From NCBI GenBank assembly GCA_016930515.1, contig JAFGGO010000103.1, positions 1 through 23,216 on the forward strand: 23,216 nucleotides of DNA. Direction: 5' to 3'. Within the stretch, counting starts at the first letter, position 1. Every line of letters begins with the position of its first letter. The DNA comes from Promethearchaeota archaeon (GTDB lineage: Archaea; Asgardarchaeota; Lokiarchaeia; Sigyniarchaeales; SOKP01). Positions 18,479-23,216 of the stretch are shown in pieces. The translations under genes and the position numbers were made by a program. The notes below the pieces were generated by a model. That model was not told the origin of the DNA, searched no databases, and worked only from the letters and a program-made list of their open reading frames with translations.

Positions 18479-19525
18479 TTATTCTAAACGATAATCCTCG
18501 AGGAATTGCTTGAATCTTTCTCCATATTTTGAATCTTTTAGACCGTTTTTTTTGATGAAATTCTTTTCTTTTTGATATTTTTTCTTGTAATAGGTTTCTA
18601 CAAGCGAGTGTTGGAGGATCATTATCATCATTGACATTTCCGCAAACAAGGTCAACCACTCGGTGCTTGTTATAGTTAGGCCCAAATAGAGAAACCAAGG
18701 CGGAAAAAGAGTAGATGTGAAATATAAAAGATAAAAAAAGCACAAAACAAAAACCACTACCACGTGAGTGTTTGGAATGCTTTTTATCTTCCAAGCTAAG
18801 ATTCCGTACGATAAAAAAAAACTTAATCCGCCCAAAAAATAAAAAGTAGCGGCTATATTGTGGGACACGGGTTGATTTTCTGGAAAAAAGCCGACTAAGA
18901 ATATGCCAAAGGTGAGAGAAGCGTTCGAAATGATCATGAGCTTGAGGATTATTGGGTGGACGCCCTTCCTTTTCTTTAATTCCCGGATCTCGTACACGTG
19001 AAAACATAGTATGATCCCGGCCGAAAGGACCCACCCCGTGTTAAATACGGCGCTCGAATTGTTGGGACCTACACCTAAATTGCTTATCCAATTGTGAAGG
19101 ATAGAATAATTCGGATCAACGCTTAGGTACAGATATAACGCCATAAAAGTCGAGAAAAAAAACACGAAAATTCCAAGAACTCCAAATAATATTCCTGGGA
19201 CCTTTTCAAATATTATATCGAAAAATCTATCTATTCTACTATCAATTTTACGAAGCCATTCCTCTATCTCGTTGACAAGCAACTCTAATCTAGCGTACTG
19301 GGCTTCCCTTTCCTCCATATCTCCCTTAGACATTGAAATCTCTGGTCCAAGATTATCGACCATTAATGAATTTTCGTGCTTTGACAAACCCTCCATGAAG
19401 GAAATAACTTTATTCACAGTTTCCTCGTGATGTTTTATAAAATTTTTTCGCTTTTTTAGCTTTTGATACGCCTTATGTGATCGCTCCAGAAGAAGCTCTT
19501 CTTTATTTTCGCTACTAACCATCAA
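18479..19525 (-). CDS. DUF998/Frag1-like polytopic membrane protein with a soluble N-terminal extension
   Basis: About 105-aa charged N-terminus, then about 6 TM segments with YSILHNWISNLG, LVGFFP, HNIAA motifs. Confidence 0.7.
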   Translation of the reverse strand: MMVSSENKEELLLERSHKAYQKLKKRKNFIKHHEETVNKVISFMEGLSKHENSLMVDNLGPEISMSKGDMEEREAQYARLELLVNEIEEWLRKIDSRIDRFFDIIFEKVPGILFGVLGIFVFFFSTFMALYLYLSVDPNYSILHNWISNLGVGPNNSSAVFNTGWVLSAGIILCFHVYEIRELKKRKGVHPIILKLMIISNASLTFGIFLVGFFPENQPVSHNIAATFYFLGGLSFFLSYGILAWKIKSIPNTHVVVVFVLCFFYLLYFTSTLFPPWFLYLGLTITSTEWLTLFAEMSMMIMILQHSLVETYYKKKYQKEKNFIKKNGLKDSKYGERFKQFLEDYRLE

Positions 19526-19700
19526 ATTTTCACTTGAATATTATAAGGTTCTTATTTATTATATTTCTTGCAGTTTAAATTCATTAGCATGAATAAATTA
19601 AAACAATTCTATACTAATCGCGTTGATAACTTTAATAAAATCTCTTAAAATAACCACTCTTGCTTATGAACTATAAGTAAAAAATTCATATGCCTTTGCG

Positions 19701-19716
19701 AAAAGGATATATTAAG
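19701..19716 (+). promoter_or_regulatory. Putative BRE/TATA promoter AAAAGGATATATTAAG
   Basis: About 60 nt upstream of the rubrerythrin ATG; matches 15855-15869. Confidence 0.45.
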
Positions 19717-19774
19717 ACTTTGAATAGTAACTTACAATAGTTAACCAAAAATTATTTACAGGAACAAATGAACC

Positions 19775-20359
19775 ATGAAAAAGACAGTAAAAAATTTAAT
19801 GGTTGCCTTCATCGGAGAATCGCAAGCGAGAAATCGCTATACGCAATTCGCAAAGCTGGCTAAAAAGGAAGGATACGCCTTAATTGCAAGCATATTCGAA
19901 GAGACGGCAAATCAAGAGAAAGAACACGCAGGTTGGAACTACAAGATGCTTCAAGATCTCAAAAAAGAAGAAGAATTTGACGAGCTTGAGGTAAAAGCTG
20001 ACGGCCCCACTACCTACGGATCTACGGTCGAAAACTTGACTTCCGCCATTGCAGGAGAAGACTACGAGTGGAAGGAAATGTATCCCGGATTCGCCGATGT
20101 GGCCGAAAAAGAAGGACATCCAAAAATTGCTGCTCGATTTCGAGCGATCGCCAAGGCTGAAAAACACCATTCCGAGCGATACGGCAAGCTTTTGAAACTC
20201 GTGGGGGACGATGCGTTTTTCAAGCGCGGCAAAAAAGTCGTTTGGGTATGCATGGAATGCGGCTACGAGGTAGAAATGGACTCTCTTCCCGAAGATTGGA
20301 AGTGTCCTTCGTGCGACCACCCAAGAGACAACTTTAAAATCAAGTGCGAGGAGTTCTAA
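19775..20359 (+). CDS. rbr: Rubrerythrin
   Basis: [33 protein letters not shown] di-iron motifs; C-terminal rubredoxin-like CMECG...CPSC. Confidence 0.96.
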   Translation: MKKTVKNLMVAFIGESQARNRYTQFAKLAKKEGYALIASIFEETANQEKEHAGWNYKMLQDLKKEEEFDELEVKADGPTTYGSTVENLTSAIAGEDYEWKEMYPGFADVAEKEGHPKIAARFRAIAKAEKHHSERYGKLLKLVGDDAFFKRGKKVVWVCMECGYEVEMDSLPEDWKCPSCDHPRDNFKIKCEEF

Positions 20360-20456
20360 TCCTTTTAACTCCCATTAAATCCATTTTTTATTATAAGTTA
20401 AGTCTAAACCAAAAACAACTAAGTCAAAAAAGAATCAAACAAGGAAGTGAATAAAC

Positions 20457-20846
20457 ATGCAAAAGAAAGAAATTTATAAGTGTCAAGTATGCGGAAAAGT
20501 CATCGAAATCCTGAATCCCGGCGCTCCCGAAACGATTTGCTGCGGCCAGGCGATGACCCTCATGAAGGAACAAACCGCAGAATGGAAAGGAGAAAAACAC
20601 GTGCCCAAAATCACGATCGACGGAAATAAAGTCACCGTGGATGTTGGAATTTCCATGGGCACCCCCCACCCAATGACCGCAGAGCATTGGATCATGTGGA
20701 TCGAGCTAATCTGCAAAAACGATTGCTACAAGCGCAAGTTTCTCAAGCCAGGGGACGAACCCAAGGCAACCTTCGTGGTGGCCGATACCACGGGATTAAT
20801 CGCCCGAGAATATTGCAACATACACGGACTTTGGAAGTATCAGTAA
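20457..20846 (+). CDS. dfx: Desulfoferrodoxin (class I, 2Fe superoxide reductase)
   Basis: CQVC...CCG desulforedoxin domain; EKHVP, HPM...H, CNIHG active-site ligands. Confidence 0.95.
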   Translation: MQKKEIYKCQVCGKVIEILNPGAPETICCGQAMTLMKEQTAEWKGEKHVPKITIDGNKVTVDVGISMGTPHPMTAEHWIMWIELICKNDCYKRKFLKPGDEPKATFVVADTTGLIAREYCNIHGLWKYQ

Positions 20847-21006
20847 ACATCTTTCGCTTATTTCAACCATAAAAATTACTTCTCACCTTTTTTTTTATAA
20901 GTATTAAACCTTAAGTTTATAAGTTATTGACAAAAGACCTAAACAAGAAAATTATCAAAATAAACAAAAGAGGTATAGAAAAACGACATTATCGAACATC
21001 CCCATC

Positions 21007-21270
21007 ATGCTGGAAAAAGTCAAGAAGGAAGACTTGGACAAGCAGATCTTGCGAGCGGGAATTTTGGCTGAGCTTGATGCCATCAACTTGTACGAGCAGA
21101 TGGCCAGCTTGACCGAGAACGCCGACTTGAAAAAAGTACTTTTAGACGTGGCCAAGGAAGAAAAAGAGCACGTGGGCGAATTTCAATACCTGCTGCTCAA
21201 GTACGACGCCCAGCAAGCGAAGGAATTGGAAGAAGGAATGGACGAGGTAAAAGAATTACTTGGTGAGTAA
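21007..21270 (+). CDS. Encapsulated-ferritin (EncFtn/Flp)-like ferritin-family protein; true start may be ACG at 20983
   Basis: ILRAGILAELDAINLYEQMA and DVAKEEKEHVGEF...LD motifs as in the Pyrococcus furiosus encapsulin-fused Flp domain. Confidence 0.85.
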   Translation: MLEKVKKEDLDKQILRAGILAELDAINLYEQMASLTENADLKKVLLDVAKEEKEHVGEFQYLLLKYDAQQAKELEEGMDEVKELLGE

Positions 21271-21447
21271 TTCCTACTCGTTAAATTATTATTCTTTTTT
21301 TTTTCTTACTTTTACCACTCTAAAATGATATTTTCAAGTTATTTTTCGTTTTTATTTTAAAAATATAAACTTTTAAACGAATACGCGATAATTATTTTTC
21401 ATTGTAAAAGCATTTCATTTCAATTTAAATAGCGATCGAGAACCACG

Positions 21448-22800
21448 ATGGATGTCGTACTTCAAATAATCGTCATTGCCTGCTTTGGGCTGGTCATCGT
21501 TGCCCTGTTCAGGGAAAAAACGGATTTTCTCACCTGTAGCTTCTTGGCAATGTTCGTTGCCGTTGTTGCCACGTTCGTGCTCATGCCAGAAGCCATCTCG
21601 ATTGAAGGGTTAGTCCAGCACATCGAATGGGAGGTAGTGTTTTTCTTGATCTCCATATTCGGTATCGTGGAAATCCTCGACGACAAGAAGATTTTCCAAG
21701 AAGTCGCCTTGAGAATCACGTCAAAATTCAAGACGAAGACCAGGAGTTTTTTCTGGGTCATATGTTTAATTTCCACCCTTTCGGCAGCGTTCATCAACGA
21801 TTTATCGGTTGCCATTATCTTTATCCCAATGATCATTAACACGAGCGAGAAAATGAAAATCAACCCTGCTCCAATCTTGTTGGGAATGACGATATGCATT
21901 AATTTGGCAGCAACCCTCACCCCGTTCGGATCCGCACAAAATATCTTGATCGCGAGCGATTTCGGTCTTTCTTCGGCCTGGTTCTTCTCAAACTTGGGAA
22001 TTTATTTCGTGCTTGCCACCCTTTTGACTTTATTTCTGCTCGATCGTTTCGTGCTAAAAAAAAATCTAAAACAAATATGGGTTCCTCATTGCAAGGAATA
22101 CATGGAAACGGACGAAAAAAACCACCTCGAAGAGCACGAACTCCACATAGTCGAAGAGCACATCGATTCGAAAACCTTTTATCGTAACCTTGGCGCATTA
22201 TTCGTTTTCGTTGTCATGTTGATCGCCATTCCCAACATCGTGTTCGTGGGCCTTTTAGGGCTCTTGCTCTTCATCTTCATCAACCCTCGTGAGCATCGCC
22301 AGGGCGAAAGTCGGGTGGACATCTCGCATTACCTCACGAAGATCGATTACAAGCTCGTGTTCTTCTTCATCTGCTTGTTCATTCTAATCTATTGCATGGA
22401 GGTTAACGGTACCATTGATTTACTTGACAACCTCGTCCTGCTCATCAAGCCGAACGATCTTTTCTGGTTGAGCGTGTTCATTCTCGTAATCACATCTGTA
22501 TTGTCTGGGTTCCTCGACAATGTTCCCATCACCGTGCTCTTCATCCCGATCATTCGAGCGCTCGTCGGGGCAGGATTTGCGTCAGGGCCGCTACTGGTTG
22601 CGTTCGTTTTGGGCATCAACTTGGGAGGAAACATCTTCCCTCAAGGCTCAGCTGCGGACATGATGACGCTCGAATTGTCCGAAAAATATTGCGTTGACGA
22701 CATGAACTACAAGAGGCTCTTAAAAGTCGGAGGATTGTTTGCCGGCTTACACATTCTCTTAGGCATGGGATATCTTGCCTTGCTCGTGTTTGCATTTTAA
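21448..22800 (+). CDS. ArsB/NhaD/SLC13 (CitMHS, IT superfamily) permease
   Basis: 450 aa, many TM segments; LSAAFIND, TLTPFGSAQN, LSGFLDNVP, NLGGNIFPQGSAAD motifs. Confidence 0.88.
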   Translation: MDVVLQIIVIACFGLVIVALFREKTDFLTCSFLAMFVAVVATFVLMPEAISIEGLVQHIEWEVVFFLISIFGIVEILDDKKIFQEVALRITSKFKTKTRSFFWVICLISTLSAAFINDLSVAIIFIPMIINTSEKMKINPAPILLGMTICINLAATLTPFGSAQNILIASDFGLSSAWFFSNLGIYFVLATLLTLFLLDRFVLKKNLKQIWVPHCKEYMETDEKNHLEEHELHIVEEHIDSKTFYRNLGALFVFVVMLIAIPNIVFVGLLGLLLFIFINPREHRQGESRVDISHYLTKIDYKLVFFFICLFILIYCMEVNGTIDLLDNLVLLIKPNDLFWLSVFILVITSVLSGFLDNVPITVLFIPIIRALVGAGFASGPLLVAFVLGINLGGNIFPQGSAADMMTLELSEKYCVDDMNYKRLLKVGGLFAGLHILLGMGYLALLVFAF

Positions 22801-22964
22801 GGTTTAAACAATCTTCATCTAATCTTTCCCTTTTTGTCTTTTTTTACTAAAAGTTCAAGTTCGGCAACCCCTGTTCCTCAAGAATAAATCCTATATTCAA
22901 TTAAGTTCCAGCTCGATATAAATCGTGTCGCAATTTGCATTAGTTCTTAGTTGTAATGGGAGTC

Positions 22965-23128
22965 ATTTCAAACTATTTTTAGGTGGTTAGAAAAAGTGCA
23001 ACGAGTAGAACTTTACGAGTATCAAAATGAAGTCTCAATCTATTTCTAGGTATTTACAAAACAATAAAAATATGGGATCTTAATGCACCTTTGATTGGTT
23101 TCAATCTATTTCTAGGTATTTACAAAAC
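22965..23128 (-). CRISPR. Mini CRISPR array: three 31-bp repeats (minus strand GTTTTGTAAATACCTAGAAATAGATTGAAAC) and two spacers (35 and 36 bp)
   Basis: Repeats at 23098-23128, 23032-23062 (1 mismatch) and 22965-22995 (7 mismatches); unique spacers 23063-23097 and 22996-23031; 3' ATTGAAAC handle. Confidence 0.85.
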
Positions 23129-23216
23129 TGGTACTTTTTTCCTCGCAGGCGCGGACTAGGGGCGGTCTTCGCGATCGAGTTGCACGATCTCGGTTCAAAT
23201 GTCACGCGTATTTAAA
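23129..23216 (-). promoter_or_regulatory. Probable CRISPR leader (possibly truncated) with TATA-like TTTAAATA at 23216-23209
   Basis: Non-repeat sequence next to the best-conserved repeat; no further repeat at the expected spacing; about 80 nt from TATA-like box to first repeat. Confidence 0.45.

Noticed and set aside
18438-19034. 198-aa alternative-frame ORF
   Set aside because: Lies almost entirely within the DUF998-like gene on the same strand; non-protein-like composition
20927-21112. 61-aa plus-strand ORF
   Set aside because: Out-of-frame overlap with the ferritin-like gene; no supporting signals
167-22634. Remaining short antisense or nested ORFs in the ORF track
   Set aside because: All lie within well-supported genes and show no family motifs
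22815-22940. Minus-strand ATG ORF with in-frame TGA (MQIATRFISSWNLIEYRIYS*GTGVAELELLVKKDKKGKIR) as a selenoprotein
   Set aside because: No redox motif around the TGA, no resemblance to known selenoproteins, no SECIS identified; overlaps the decayed CRISPR trailer
1-23216. tRNA, rRNA, transposase, integrase or cas genes
   Set aside because: None recognisable by eye; a covariance-model search would be needed to exclude small RNAs

Overview
AT-rich archaeal-type window with TATA-like promoters, oligo-T terminators and GGAGG RBSs. Gene style suggests an anaerobic archaeon, possibly Asgard/Lokiarchaeia (inference only). Left part: nitroreductase, YyaL/SSP411-type thioredoxin-domain protein, an unannotated 53-aa 10-Cys miniprotein, and an RHH regulator divergent from an unannotated 49-aa Asp/Trp-repeat peptide followed by a SAM-methyltransferase/Ddl-type ATP-grasp fusion; then an MFS transporter, a GH3/LuxE/PaaK-like adenylating enzyme and an acyl-CoA ligase. 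Middle: tusA-dsrE-iscS-iscU operon in which IscS has Asp in place of the PLP Schiff-base Lys and IscU carries a degenerate thioredoxin-reductase NADPH-domain extension, near a CoA-disulfide reductase-rhodanese-TusA-rhodanese fusion. Right: DUF998-like membrane protein, rubrerythrin, desulfoferrodoxin, stand-alone EncFtn-like ferritin, ArsB/NhaD-type permease, and a small degenerating CRISPR array with no cas genes in the window. Best candidates for novel biology: the persulfide-fed Fe-S assembly module and the acidic-peptide/methyltransferase-ATP-grasp unit. All family calls are from motif recognition; no database searches were run.
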